Below the pieces are notes generated by a model. The model was given only the letters and a program-made list of their open reading frames with translations, was not told the origin of the DNA and searched no databases. DNA of 64,000 nucleotides from Eledone cirrhosa. Its lineage: Eukaryota. This document shows, piece by piece, positions 11,685 to 25,430 of the stretch. The first letter of the stretch is position 1, and each line of letters starts with the position of its first letter. The position numbers and the translations under genes are program-made. The stretch is from NCBI GenBank assembly GCA_964016885.1, contig OZ024745.1:73656001-73720000 (forward strand). Reading direction: 5' to 3'.

Positions 11685-11832
11685 GTATTACTGCTCAGTA
11701 TAACAAATGATGTTCTAACATTGAGCTATTTAGTTTACTGGTAATAAGGTAGTAATAAATTACTGACCTTACCTGTTTATAGTTGTATATAGTATAATAT
11801 ATACATAACTATAAGTAGTATCCTTAATATTA

Positions 11833-11893
<61 letters not shown>

Positions 11894-13945
11894 AGCAAAG
11901 ACAAGAAATTAAGTAGAAATAGGTCGATAGTAAAAAAGAAATGATCTATGTCCACTATCATACCACAGTTTTCAAAATCACTGTCAACGCTATCATTATC
12001 ATTACACCTTACCACCACGGTTAATATTTATCGCAGCACGATCAATAACACCATCTTCCTCACTAATCTCACCATCACTACCGAAACAATAGCAGCCAAA
12101 CCCCTTCAAAATTGCACCTCGCCGTCTTGAAAAGTGAAGGAGACCTTGGATAATGACATCTTCGGCACGTAATGACAGAAAGAATGACATAATAGTTATA
12201 GATGGGATGACCTTGATCATAGATTAGCTTTGACAGAACTGACCCGAGATTAAACAACAACGAGAAGAACAACAATAGCAACAACAATAGCAACACCAAT
12301 AGCAACATTATACTGTGAACGACGTTCTGCAATTATAAAACATCTTCCAATCATACTGTACCATCTTAACAATGTAAGGAAATATTGAATCATACAATTC
12401 AGTTGTTTGAACGTGTGTTTATATAATTAGGCTTTATCCTAACACTATTCAATTATGAACTGTATGCTATTATAGCTAGGTAAAACTTAAGTAAAAGACG
12501 ATGCTGGCTCTAGGATTTGAACTTATATTGTTGAGGTTAAGTGAAACAATCACGGCTTCAGCCAGAGCTGGAATACCTTGGATGATATGTCTGCTTACCA
12601 GAGCTAAACAACAACCACCATATTAACACCACTCTATTATTGTCTCCCCCATGAATAACATCAATACCAACACGAGCTTATGCATTCAATTTAATCGAAA
12701 TAGCTAAATATTCCCAATATCACATCATATTTTAAAAACAATGGCGGGACACATTGGAAAATGCAGTCCTAGATATAGATGAACTGTTTCAAATAAAGAA
12801 AGCATGGTTACAAAAATTAACATTATTATCATTATCCACAACGTCAATACCTTCTAATACTATCTCAATATTCAAGTCACTATCAGAAACATTAACATAA
12901 TTCGATATATTTGGATAAAACGCAAGTTTTTTGCGGATACATTTCCCAGGAAAATCCATCCCGTGTTGTACACAAGTAATTTAAATGAAGCAAGTAGAAT
13001 TAAATGCCTAAACAACGGAGCTCCTACATTGGAGAACATGATCATATATTTAAGCTGGTGGCTTAATACTGACTGCTTTAGATATTTTAGTTATTAAGAG
13101 TGGAACTCCGCCCACAGTGATAACTGCTGAGCCTTTTCGGAAACAAAATAAATAATTCAGAGCCTTACACTTAACAGTATATCAAGATATTTAAAGTTTT
13201 ACAGCATCTCTACGTGTTCTCCTTTTTGCTCCTTCTTTCTTTCTGTTTCTGTCTGTCTGTCCCTCACCTGGAGAAAGGCTTTCAATGATATTTCATATAT
13301 ACTCCATATATACATCCAAGTCATAAAACAAGAAAATAAGAATGATTAAGAAAATATAGAAACAAAAATGATTGAATTACTAGATAAAGAGAAACGAAGT
13401 AATTTGGAGAGAAAATTAACGATAGAAAGGGAAAAAGACCGGGATGGTACGTAGATGAAGAATAGAAAATTGAGAGAATAAAATTAAGAAAAAGAAACGA
13501 AAATAAAAGGAAGAAAAAGCACAAAACACAAAACCTTGTGTATATTATAAGTATATTGTTTATTAATATTTTCCTGTCAATGCTAAAAAAACCCAAAAAA
13601 ACAACAACAAACAGAGATAACATGCTCTAATCCCAAACAAAATGAAGCCGCGTCTTCTAACGTATAAATCTACATCAATTACATTGGGCCTGCCTACTAT
13701 AAAGACAGTAACACACGCCACATCACTTTTTTCAGAAGATAAGACGATGAAGATATGGAAACGTTGATAAGAGATTTATGAATTTACTGTTACAAACAAA
13801 CTGCAAAGAATTCAATCGAAAATAGACGAAAAATTCATTAAGAAGATGAAATTAGAATTTGGTCGTGTCTTCAATACATGTATGCCTATGTGTTAAAGAC
13901 CACAAGAATGCATGTGACTGTATCTATGTGGGTGTGCTCTTGTGC

Positions 13946-14051
<106 letters not shown>

Positions 14052-15744
14052 ATATGGTTATATGCATGCCTGTAAGCGTTATACTCAGAAAATGATTTTG
14101 GAATCGATTTGGGTAAATATTAATATTTCAAAATAGCTCCCATTTTGCATGGACAATTATTGCTTGATTGATTATACTCACACACGGACTTAATCAATTT
14201 TTCCCAGTATACTTGTTTGAATGTGTCTCAGTATATAAATATGTACTTAATGTATGTATTATTTAGATTTTTCGTTGGATATAATTATTTCTCGATGATG
14301 AATTTATGCAATGACGTGGCAATAGACTTTCTTGATTAAAATGTGGTGTGGAAAATTGTCTGGTATATTACTGGTATTTATTTTGTGAAACTTAAAAACA
14401 AAATGGTATTGAACCATAGCTGAAGGTTTTTCATGCAAGCAGTTTATATGCTAAATAAAGCACTGAATTATTAGTTTTTGTGTGCGAAATTGTTCCACCA
14501 TTCCCCATGGTAGAAGTGAAGAGCTAAAATATGTAATGTTCCTAATAATATATTTTAAAATGACGGTATTCAATTTGTTAAAAGAAAATATCGATCTACT
14601 ACTTTGTTAGTGCTATTGCTTAGTCATGATGTCTAGATATTCGAATTAGCTCATTCTATATATTTCTTAATGTGTTTGTAATTTAATAAACAGAGATACG
14701 TCCTCCATTTCCACGTATTAGCAAAGAAATACAGACTGAACTTTCGTTTTACATATGCTCAGCGTTTGAAACATTTTCATCAAGTAACCTTTTTTATGAG
14801 TTTTACATTAAATTAAAAGGGTTGAACTTTTATTCTGGGAATTCTTTGGATCACTTTGAAGCTTATAGGTTTGATGTTTATTTTTGAAAGATTACTAATA
14901 AAATTTGCAAAGATATAGCGGAGCTTGTATATTTATTTAGCTTTGAACTGGTAGGACTGCATATAATTTGAAGCAAATGTTTTAGTGATATACAGATAGA
15001 GTGGAAGTGACGAAATGTTAAATGTACACTATATTCTCAAAACTAGCAGTCATATACTCTAAATCACACTCTTACTATTATTTAACATAGAAAGCATCAG
15101 ACAGCGAGCTTAGACAAATCTTTACAATGTTCTTTTCATTCTTTGGAATTTGGTTTTAGAAAGATTTGGACAGTAAATAAACCTAAATATTTCACATAAA
15201 ATAGGCTTTTCAGGAACAGAAATAGATTTAATGCTGATTTAATGTTGAATTAAGATTGGAGTGAAAAGAGAAATTATTTATATTGATGTAAAGCATTTGA
15301 TGTGAGAAAGATGGTGAAAATGACGAATGATATAAGAAGAGGTAAATGAAGTATTTAGGATACGTTTGGTGCTGCAATGCAAGGGAAGGCATTCCTAAAC
15401 AATTTTAAAACTCACTATGGATTATTTCATTATTTTATCGGCTGTTTCAAAATTACTTGAACCACGTGACTATGTCTATTATATATCTACTCGCTTTACA
15501 AGAACTGCGCTGTGCTTTTGGTCAGGATGTGTAATACCAGTGTTAGGATTCATACATACGTAGTTTTAGCTTCCTCCTATAAGGTAGCCTTTCATAGGAT
15601 TTTCTTGGCTGTTTAATGATAGGGTTCACTGTCATCTTCTGTCACAATTTTCCCTGTAGCTAGAGGCACCATTTAAACTCATGGAGGATAATACAATGCA
15701 CTCAATTCAATATCCTATCATTTACACAATTCTACAACCATAGG

Positions 15745-15941
15745 CTGTTACTTTATCAATTCAGAAAAAAATGAACGGCAAAGTTGACCATGACTGGATT
15801 TTGATTCAGAGCGCAGACAGACAGAAAAAATACCACAAATCACTCCGACACTAATAACTCTGCCGATTCAATATCTTGTATAGCACTTTTGAAATAAACC
15901 GAGGTCGATAAAAAAGAACCAGTCAAGTACTGGGGTCGATT
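15745..15941. mobile_element. Old degenerate SINE remnants related to the family S core
   Basis: GGCAAAGTTGACC (minus-strand core) at ~15777-15790 and CCGAGGTCGATAAAAAAGAACCAG (plus) at ~15899. Confidence 0.5.
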
Positions 15942-17378
15942 CTTCCTCTATATCTCTTTCTCACTTCCTTTCTCTTACTCCTATCCTTCTCTGGAAGAAA
16001 TTTGCTGTACTCAGGCCAGAAAAGGAAATGGGCTCCACCAGGTCTAAACAATGCCCCTAGAAACGCCGTGTGTCAATATGGCGCCCCTGTGACTCCTTTA
16101 TGAGTTACGGGTCCATATCATACCATACAAGTGAATATAATTGTTGAACTGCTATCAATTGTACGAGGAGTTCAGTTTTAATGCAAGATTGTCGTATTCC
16201 TTTTGATAGTACAATATATAAACTGTTTGCAACACACGAGAGTTTCTAAAAGCATTTCAAGGCGCTATACTTACCTGAAGATGGCTGGCTACAGCAAGCT
16301 ACTACACTATATCTATCATACCATAGAAAATCCAATAGATTCTTCATCAACAACCCCGCCAGTAACAATATATGTGTGTGCGCGTGTGCGTGTGTAGATG
16401 CTTTGATGGCTATTCATTTATGTAAAATCATTTATTACGCCAATGGTTATTATATGAAAATGTCGTGGGAATTGTCATGGAAACATGCAGCATATTTATC
16501 ACATATTAATAGAGCTCAGCAAGAGAGAGAAAGAGGAAGAGATAGATAGATGGTTAGAGAAAGAGAGCGAGAGAGAGAGAGAGAGAGGGCGAAAGAGAGA
16601 TTGATGACTTGCAACATTATTCACATTAAAATAATAACAAAAACACCCAAATAAAGAAGAAGAAAAAACAATACAAAAGAAGAAAACACAACGATGCATT
16701 TGAGAAATATATGGGCAAGCTAACACAAAAACCAATTAGTGAAATATAAAAAGACTGCAATTTGTGAGAATACCGTAAACTAATTGGACGCAGAGGAAAA
16801 TATTAGAAAATATAATCAAATCAAGCGAAGCCGTTAAACCGTTTATTCAAAAAAAATGATAAAGCTGAAGAAATCACGTGATATGTCAAAATTTCTAGGT
16901 GTTATATAATATATACATGATTATGGTAGTCTGATGAATTCGATGATACCAATTATACGTACTACGTTCTTATGTATTAACCAGCAGAGTTACACGACTA
17001 TGCCCGGTTATTTCATGAATATAACAATATATTTTTGCACACATCACAACATTTGATGAATACAATAGAATCTCTGTGGGTTACTGCAGAACTTTACTGA
17101 ATAAGGGTTTTACAAAGAACTGTTTTCTGTGAATAAATGTTTTTCAGTTTGTCTAAGCACAGATATCAGTAGCTGTGTATTGAATAATGGATAATCTGGT
17201 TTGCACATAACACATCTAGTTCAAGTTTTTAAGAAAATGTACTTCATTTACTGTACTTCTCTTTCCCCCCTCTCTGTCACTGTCTCCCCCTTTCTCTCTC
17301 TTTCTTAGAGTCTGTATCTCTTTCTATTCGCCTTTCTCTTAGTTTTTCTTTCTCGTATACTATTACACATAATTTCTC

Positions 17379-17454
<76 letters not shown>

Positions 17455-17891
17455 CATCTCCGTATCTCTATTTTTCTATCCTCTTTCATTTTCTTTCCAA
17501 CTCTCCCTCCCTATCTCTCTCATCTTCTATTTCAATTCTTTTCTCTCTCTCACGTTCATAGTGGCTCGTCAAATAAAGATCGATAATAGATTTCCCTAGT
17601 ATGACTGCAGACCATTCCATTCGAATGATTGAAACCAGTAAAAGATCTGATTCATTTTAATTTGTATTGTCCATGTGCTTGACTGTATTTGTATAAAGCT
17701 TATAGATGTACACAGATTAATGTGTGATTATATACATACATATATAACAAAGATGGTGTGGTAAGCTACCAGGTAGACCATAACGCACCAGAGTACTCAA
17801 TACTTAGGGTAGTAGAGTGGGTAATAGGAAAAGAGTCAGGACACCGACGGCTGAGCTCCGGCCGTTTCGACAGCTAGATCCGAAAGGTTCC

Positions 17892-17976
<85 letters not shown>

Positions 17977-18276
17977 CTCTAAATATCACCAGAGACGTTA
18001 TTAATTCGATAGTGAAAAGTGTATCTAATAGAATATTTGGATAAAAGATCAACCAGTAAACTCGCGTGTCATGCGTTGAACCTGTAAGCCAGCAGTATGA
18101 CCTTCTTAATTAAATGGAAAATCGTAGAAAGATCTCGACCCTATGCAAATAGCTTTAGACGTGTCAGCTGTGTATGGCTGAAAGATGGAGCACAGTGAAA
18201 AACTACATAACTCCACAACCTGTATGGATGTGAGGGCCGATATCTGTAATCGATGCTCCCACACCCATATGTATTC

Positions 18277-18355
<79 letters not shown>

Positions 18356-18870
18356 TCTTTATATATATATATACGCACATACAGTAAAAATTGCGCACTC
18401 ACAGACACACACACACACGCACACACGCACACACACACATATATATATACATTAATTGGCAATAGCACTAAGATAGCGCTAAGCATATTAAGAGTGTATA
18501 TGAAAGCATATACCATATGTTTATATACAAAAAATATATGAGAGCCTCACCACCAAAGAAAAATATTTATTCGATATGAAATATATTTTTCCCTCTTTTG
18601 CTCTGTGAACATGTCACAGATATTTCAGTCTCTGCAGAGAATGCCGGACAGCGTGTATGTATGCATATTTGTATATTTATCATATATATGCGCTTATGTG
18701 TATATATATATATATTTATATGTACGTGCGTGTATTTGTATATGCATGTGTATATTGTTGTACGTGTATATGTGTTCGTATGTTTATGTGTACATATATA
18801 TTTATTTATATATATGCAGGCATTTGAATATCTGTATTTAGTAAGTATCTACATGTATGTATAATATATA

Positions 18871-19122
18871 CAGGGGTGGTGGAAGCATTTCTGAATTGGG
18901 GGGGGGGGGCAAATTTGGTCAATTTAGTTTATTGATTAGATTAGCAGTTATTATCAAATATCAACCAAGATATAAAAAAAACTTTCGATATGCGATAAAC
19001 ATAACATGTACATAAATTGTAGTGCATATACAAATAGATGTGTTTTGGTAGTTTGGGGAGAAAAATATTATTATTGGAGAGAGGCATGCCTCCCCACTAG
19101 CTTTCCAGTTCCACCGCCTCTG
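18871..19122. mobile_element. Putative MITE with ~14-bp terminal inverted repeats
   Basis: CAGGGGTGGTGGAA ... TTCCACCGCCTCTG, flanked by TA. The left end recurs at ~1278 (CAGGGGCAGTGGAAGCATTTCTGAATTGGG). Confidence 0.5.
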
Positions 19123-19759
19123 TATAGCATTTCGTAACACGTATAGATGTAGAAACATGTATGTGAGCACTCGAAACATACTGATCCATACTTATACTGA
19201 CATACAATCACACACACAAACATATACAGACATGCAAAATCACCTAGTTGTTGTCTAAATTCCAATTTATTTCTGTGTTAGAAACTGCCTATCTCTCTAT
19301 TGGAATGAAATTTAAAAAAATATAATAAAACGAAGCGAATTTACATACACCGCAGTTAATTTAAAATATCTATTTATTAGTCAATTGCCTCACGATTAAT
19401 ATAAGTAATATAAAAATTGTGTCTATAAAAGATTATGACTTCGATTTTGTTCCATAGTTTATCAGTCAATTGTTTTACGAATAACATTAATGGTGTGTGT
19501 ATAATAGATTGTCTTTAATTTGTTCCATAGTTAATATATCGGTGTTTTATAACGTTGTGGACGTAGACCGTAAATATTGTAGATTATAACATCCTTCAAA
19601 CAAACATTTAAATATCTATAGTTTTATCTTGAACTGCAAATGATAGAGTTTACTATATCAGGATTAAGAGGCATAAATACACTTTATCAGTGTACACTTA
19701 TACTGCTGTCTACTGTAGCATAAGTTGTCTACGTCGTGTGATGGCCTGACATATCTACT

Positions 19760-20000
19760 GGGTTAGTGTTAAGGTTATGGTTAGATTTTGTAGTTGAGGT
19801 AGACTGCACGCTGAATTGTACAGGTAAGCCGTTCGTTGAACTGTAAATGTGCAGGTAGAGCGAAGGCTAAAGTGTAAATGACTAGGTAGATCGCACGCTG
19901 AACTGTAAAGGTACAGGTGGAACGAAGACTAAAGTGTAAGTAATCAGGTAAACCGAACACTGAACTGTAAATGGTAAATGTGCAGGTAGAACTGTAGCGA
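19760..20000. repeat. Degenerate tandem repeat (CTGAACTGTAAATGTGCAGGTAG-like) after a GGTTAG-like run
   Basis: About eight imperfect ~27-bp repeats. Confidence 0.55.
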
Positions 20001-20353
20001 AATATGTCCACATGTTGACCCCCGGGTGACATTAACGGTCATTTTCTGGGTTATCTCCTTTCGGGCGTCAACATGTCTGAGATTGGACGACCTTGAAAGG
20101 TCAGCCCTTTGTTCTCAAGTCTTGGAGACAGAGGAAGCGACATAGATAAATAGCCTGCCTTAGATCAGGCCAGGCAATTCGGAGCGATTCTTGATAGAGT
20201 AAATATGTTGTTATTGTTATTGTTATTGTTGTAACTGCTATTGATATACCTTCTATCATTGTTGATGTTGCTTGTGTTACCCTAGCAATTGTTATTTTAA
20301 CTATTATTGGTGAAATATATTGCAATTGTATTTTTTAACTCTTGGAAGATGTA

Positions 20354-20550
20354 TTACGGGTGGGTGCTGAAAAGTCCTGGCTTTGGGTAAAAGAAAATAC
20401 AGAAGGATCAGTTAATTATGATTTTATTCAATATATTCTCCTCTCTGATTCACACACTTATTGCAGCGGTCCTACCTCCCATGTAAAGAAAACGGCTCTA
20501 CCCATTCGCGATACCTTTAAAACCAGGATCTTTTTAACAGGCCTCTTATA
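20354..20550. mobile_element. Mariner-derived MITE, degenerate
   Basis: Left TACGGGTGGGTGCTGAAAAGTCCTGGCTTT; the right end reverse-complements to TATAAGAGGCCTGTTAAAAAGATCCTGGTTTT. TA flanks, mariner-like TIR pattern. Confidence 0.6.
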
Positions 20551-20687
20551 TTGTAATGTATTGTATTTGTACTAATGTTGATATTGTTGTTATTGTTACA
20601 TCAATTGTGTTTTGCTGATACTGTATATATTATTGATTTGTTATATTCTTGTATTATATTATTGATATATTTTAAAGTATCATTAGT

Positions 20688-20780
20688 GGAGGTGCGTGGT
20701 TGAGTGGTTAGAGAAGTGGATTCGCAATCATGAGGTTGTGAGTTCGATTGCCGGACCGGGCGTTGCATTATGTTCTTGGA
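20688..20780 (+). mobile_element. tRNA-derived SINE head (different family)
   Basis: A box TGGTTGAGTGG and B box GTTCGATTGC with tRNA-like spacing; no convincing acceptor stem. Confidence 0.6.
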
Positions 20781-21162
20781 GTTGCGACCGATAGTGAGCA
20801 TTAGAAATTAGAAAGACCAATGGAAACATTGTTTCCTCGGTCAGATTTAACGAAAGTCAATCGACTGTCGATTACTGTCAATGCTGTAATTGTTGAGATT
20901 GTTGTAGTCTCGGCTTCCAAATAATAGGGCTAGGTGGGTGGAAAATCGATAATTTCTCTTGGTTGTCTATGTCGATTAAAAAAGCAACAACAAGCAGAAT
21001 TAGTGGTTTAGTTTACATATTGAGACCCCAGCCCATTCTAATTACTTTATAACGAATGAGATTTCTAATAATTTTTGTCATGCATAATGTTTGTTAATGT
21101 ATAAAGAAAAGTAATTGTCGGAATGCTACCACTTAAAATAAAATTTTGCCAGAGATAGATGA

Positions 21163-21562
21163 GCATCGAGGAACAATCAGCATGTTCTGAGTCATTACCC
21201 TTCATCAGGGCAGTATATCTCTCTGCTACTCGATTGAAATGTTGAAAAATGTAGTATTTTCTAAAGTATACATCGGCTGATTAGCCTCATTTGCACTCGA
21301 TCGAACATTTATGTAATCTGTTATGCTAGAGTTACATTTATGTATCAGCTATGCTAGAACGAAAAATTAAATTCTAATTTTGTTTTTAATTTTCGGCAAA
21401 ACCAGCCGTAAAATCGCTCGGTATGCAAATGAGGCGATGCAAATGAGGTGATGTTTACCTTAGAAAATACTAAATATTTTCAACAGTTCAATCGAGAAGC
21501 AGAGAGGTATACAGTTCAGATGAAGGGTAATGACTCAGAAACTTGTTGATAATTCCTCGATG
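21163..21562. mobile_element. Diverged inverted repeat carrying hammerhead remnants (PLE-derived)
   Basis: ~21163-21265 is inverted at ~21460-21562. Minus CTGATGAAGGGTAATGACTCAGAAC; plus CAGATGAAGGGTAATGACTCAGAAAC. Confidence 0.65.
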
Positions 21563-21670
21563 TTACTGTTGAACAAATGGATGGCGATAGCCATCAAAAC
21601 ACAGTATAGCTTAGTAAGGCCGTTTGCATACAAACGAATCGAATATTATTATTATTATTATTATTATTAT

Positions 21671-22984
21671 TTGAGTCTCAGTCATTGGTGTTAGTTAACT
21701 GGAAAGTTTGTTGAAATGAATATCAAGCCACTACCTGCAGCCTCAGATATTCAGGACGTATCGGAGGGTTCTTGCTGTTCCCAGCAAGCATGCCTTTTGA
21801 AGCGTTCCAAAAAGCGTGAAGGGGCCAATTTTCTTTAACAATCCCTGGAAACTTTTTGAGATAGTACCTAGTGCGCCTATGACAATCGGGACCACTTTGA
21901 CTTCATGGCAGTTCCAAATCCTTTTTACCTCCCACTTTAAGTCCTGGTATCGGTTAATTTTCTCCCTCTCCTTCACTTGCACTCTCGTGTCGAATGGGCA
22001 GGCCACATCCACAATCAGCCACGATCTTTTTTCTTTGTCCACAACCACCAGGTCAGGTCTATTGTGTTCCAGTCTCCTGTCCGTCTGTATCCTAAAATCC
22101 CACAGCACCTTCACCTGATCGTTTTCTATCACCGACTCTGACTTATGCTCATACCACTTCTCAGAATGTGGTAAATTTTTTACTTTGCATAGGTGCCAGT
22201 GGATCGCCCTGCCCATCACATCATGTCTCCAGCCCTTATAGTGAGTCTGGGCTAGGTGTTTACACTCGGATACAATGTGAGCCACAGTCTCCTCTCTCCA
22301 CAGATCCTGCACAGTGGGCTAGCCTCCTCCTTGTAAATATGGTGTTTCAACCACTTCGTTTTGAGGGCCTGCTCCTGCGCAGCCATTAACATTCCTTCTG
22401 TAGCCTTTTTAAGGTCTCCTCTTTTCAACCAGTTCCATGTTTGTGGATCTCTGAATTCAGTTTTCTCAAAGAAGGTACTATGAAGGGATTTTTCCTGAGG
22501 CTGCTCTTTCTCCTTGATGTTATTTCCTCCTTGGACATCCCCTGGTCTCTTGTCCCCTCCTTCAGTACAGTTCTGAGCATTGGCTCCTTACTATCAGTCA
22601 CGTATTTGTGTAGGTTGTTTTTCTCCATCTGAACACAGTCCCCTATGCTGATGTGACTTCTTCCACCTTCAGATCTCCTTAAGTAGAGTCTATCGACATC
22701 ACTCCTCGTGTGGAACATGTTGTAGATAGTCAATAGCTTCCTAGTCTTCCTATCCATTTCTTTTTGTTCAGCAACATTCCATCTCAGAATTCCCGCACTG
22801 TACCTAATAATAGACACAGCTCGGGAATTTACTGCACTTATGGCATTGCTACTGTTCAGATGTGACTTTAATACGCTGCTTAATCTCCGAATGTATTCAG
22901 TTCTTATCAATTCCTTCATTTTTTTGTTCTTGATGTCATCAGCCTCCAGAACACCCAAATACTTGTATCCTTCTTCAGTGTCAA
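21671..22984 (-). mobile_element. R4/Dong-type RLE LINE family A, 5'-truncated
   Basis: YKYLGVLEAD...HIVSEC...RHD...NRPDLVVVD...DVACPFD, with a frameshift. (TTA)n on both sides. Confidence 0.9.
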
Positions 22985-23035
22985 TTATTATTATTATTAT
23001 TACAGTATCGGTAATTATTATTATTATTATTATTA

Positions 23036-23210
23036 CAGTATCGGTAAGGGTCGGACGCCATGCTTTGAAGCATAGAGTTACCTCCCTTTATGATCTGAGT
23101 TCAAATCCCGCCGAGGTTAACTTTGCCTTTCATCCTTACGGGGTCGATAAAATAAAGTACCAGTAATGCACTGGAATAATTGCTGGCCTTGTGCCAAAAG
23201 TAGAAACAAT
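23036..23210 (+). mobile_element. SINE family S, slightly 5'-truncated, in (TTA)n
   Basis: B box, core and 3' end intact; ATT repeats on both sides. Confidence 0.9.
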
Positions 23211-23221
23211 TATTATTATTA

Positions 23222-25187
23222 CAGTTGCATTTATCTTGCTTTATGTTCATACGAGTTATCACCAAGTCACAGCCAGTGACCTCAAGAGACAACAAGGTCC
23301 GCCATGTTCAAGAAAGAACATACATACTCACACATGCATCTTTAGTGTTTAGACTTGTGATGTACTTATATTGACAGAATCTTCCTTAGTATATGGGCAG
23401 TTCCCATTAGTACTATCTTTTGTATTTCTCCTATACGCGTGTTTCCTGGGATTTGCGATAAGTAATCATTAGACCCCTTAGGTATCATTCCCAGAGCGCC
23501 TACAACCACTGGTATTGTTTTAGTTCTCAATTTCCACATTTTTCCAATTTCTATCTCCAGGTCCTTATACTTGCTCAATTTTTCAAATGTTTTTATAGAT
23601 ACATTCTTGTCTATTGGAACAGACATATCAATTAGCAGGCATACCCTCTTTTTAAACTCCTTCAATATTATATCAGGTCTATTTGCATCTATTTTTCGGT
23701 CTGTTTGGATGCTAAAGTTCCACAAGATTGAGATGTGATCTTTTTCAAGTATGGGAGGTGGTTGATGCTCCCACCAATTCTTTTGATGGGGCAGGTCAAA
23801 ATGCTTATACATTATCCAATGTATGTATTGTGCAGCTCTGTCATGCCTGTTTAGGTATTCGGTTGGAGCTATAGGACTGCACATTGAAATTATATGGTCA
23901 ATGGTCTCTGGTTGTTTTTTGCATACACGGCATAATGGGCTGCATCCATTTTTTATTATGTTGGCTTGGTAATTTTTTGTTGGCAGACACTGATCTTGTG
24001 CTGATATAATCAGTCCTTCAGTCCCCGATTTCAGTCCAGAGGATGCCAACCACTGATGGGTTAAAGTTTTGTCAACATCAGGATTGTTAGCTCGCTCTGG
24101 GTATTTTCCATACAGAGGCTTTTCTTGCCATTTCTTAGCCAGTTTCTGTAGCAGTTCTTTCTTTGCAGTTACTTTTACCTGCTTTGCTTTTTCTGTGTTT
24201 TCCATTTCAGCAGTAAATGGGACTTCTGAAATTTGTAGTCCATTACTGTATCTTTGTGCATCTTTTGTAATGGAATATGATCTTTTGATGCTTTCGTGTT
24301 TCAAAACGAGTTTGATCATCCAATCATGTGATTCCCTTAGATATGTAGATAATCCAATTGTTGCAGTTTTCAACGCAATGTCCAACTGGATTAACCCACG
24401 TCCTCCTTCTTTCCTAGGGAGATATATTCTATCTATATCTGCCTTAGGATGATGCATTCTGTGCATGGTTAAGAATTTTCTAATTTTTGTATCGAGCCTA
24501 CGGATCTCTGTGCTTGACCAGTTGATGACATTGTAACTGTAGGTTACTACTGGTATGGCAAGCGTGTTTATGGCATCGATCCTATTCCTTGCATTCAATT
24601 CCGTTCTTAAGATTGCTCTTACCCTACGGTAACATTCCTTCCTTATCCTTTCCCTCATTGTCGAGTGCTTGATTCCGTCTCCTTCCTCAAACACCTAGAT
24701 ATTTGTAAGTTTTTTCTTGATCAAGTTCTCTTATCACGTTCCCCCGATCAAGATTAATGTCTGAACTCTGGTGAACGTTGCTTTGGCGCATTTATCTAGT
24801 CCAAACTCCATTTTAATGTCATCACTGAACTGCTCCACAGTGGATAATAGCCCTTGCAATTGTTCATCATTTTTTGCAAATAGTTTCAGGTCATCCATGT
24901 AGAACAGGTGATTAATGGTTTTGTCATAGACTTTACATCCATGTTTTGTTTCCTTGAGCATTTTACTTAATGGTATAAGTGCGATGCAGAATAAAAGCGG
25001 TGATAAAGAGTCACCCTGAAAAATTCCACAATTAATATTAACTTCTCCAGCTTCCAGTGATTTTGTTTCACTATTCAAAAGGTGTGTCGTTTTCCATGTC
25101 TTCATACTGAATGACAAAAACCTCCTGACAACGGGGGATATTTTGAAAATCTCTAAACATTTTTCAATCCAACTGTGTGGCAAACTA
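23222..25187 (-). mobile_element. R4/Dong-type RLE LINE family B, 5'-truncated
   Basis: [47 protein letters not shown]...IDMSVP. Different 3' UTR from family A; (TTA)n flanks. Confidence 0.9.
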
Positions 25188-25430
25188 TTATTATTATTAT
25201 TATTATTATTATTGAATGCTATGGTTGACGGAGGCTCGGCTCTGTAAGGTACTGTAAATTTTGAACGCTATAACAATTGTAAATTGTTTAAAACTTAGAC
25301 CAACTTGTAGACAAAAACACCCTCCTCCTCGTGAGAGGGGTCTTTCTGCCCGTTATTTGGCCTTTCGGGGTTAAATAACTGCTTATTGGGGTTTCGTACC
25401 CAATATTTATTTTAAACAAAAAACAACAAC

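Noticed and set aside
16265-16340. Host exon on the minus strand (CAG|GTAAG donor at ~16270)
   Set aside because: No recognisable coding sequence or partner exons; needs RNA-seq.
19760-20000. CRISPR array or interstitial telomere
   Set aside because: Repeats are degenerate without unique spacers, the context is eukaryotic, and the GGTTAG-like run is short and imperfect.
20688-20765. Functional tRNA gene
   Set aside because: A and B boxes are present but cloverleaf stems are broken; better explained as a SINE head.
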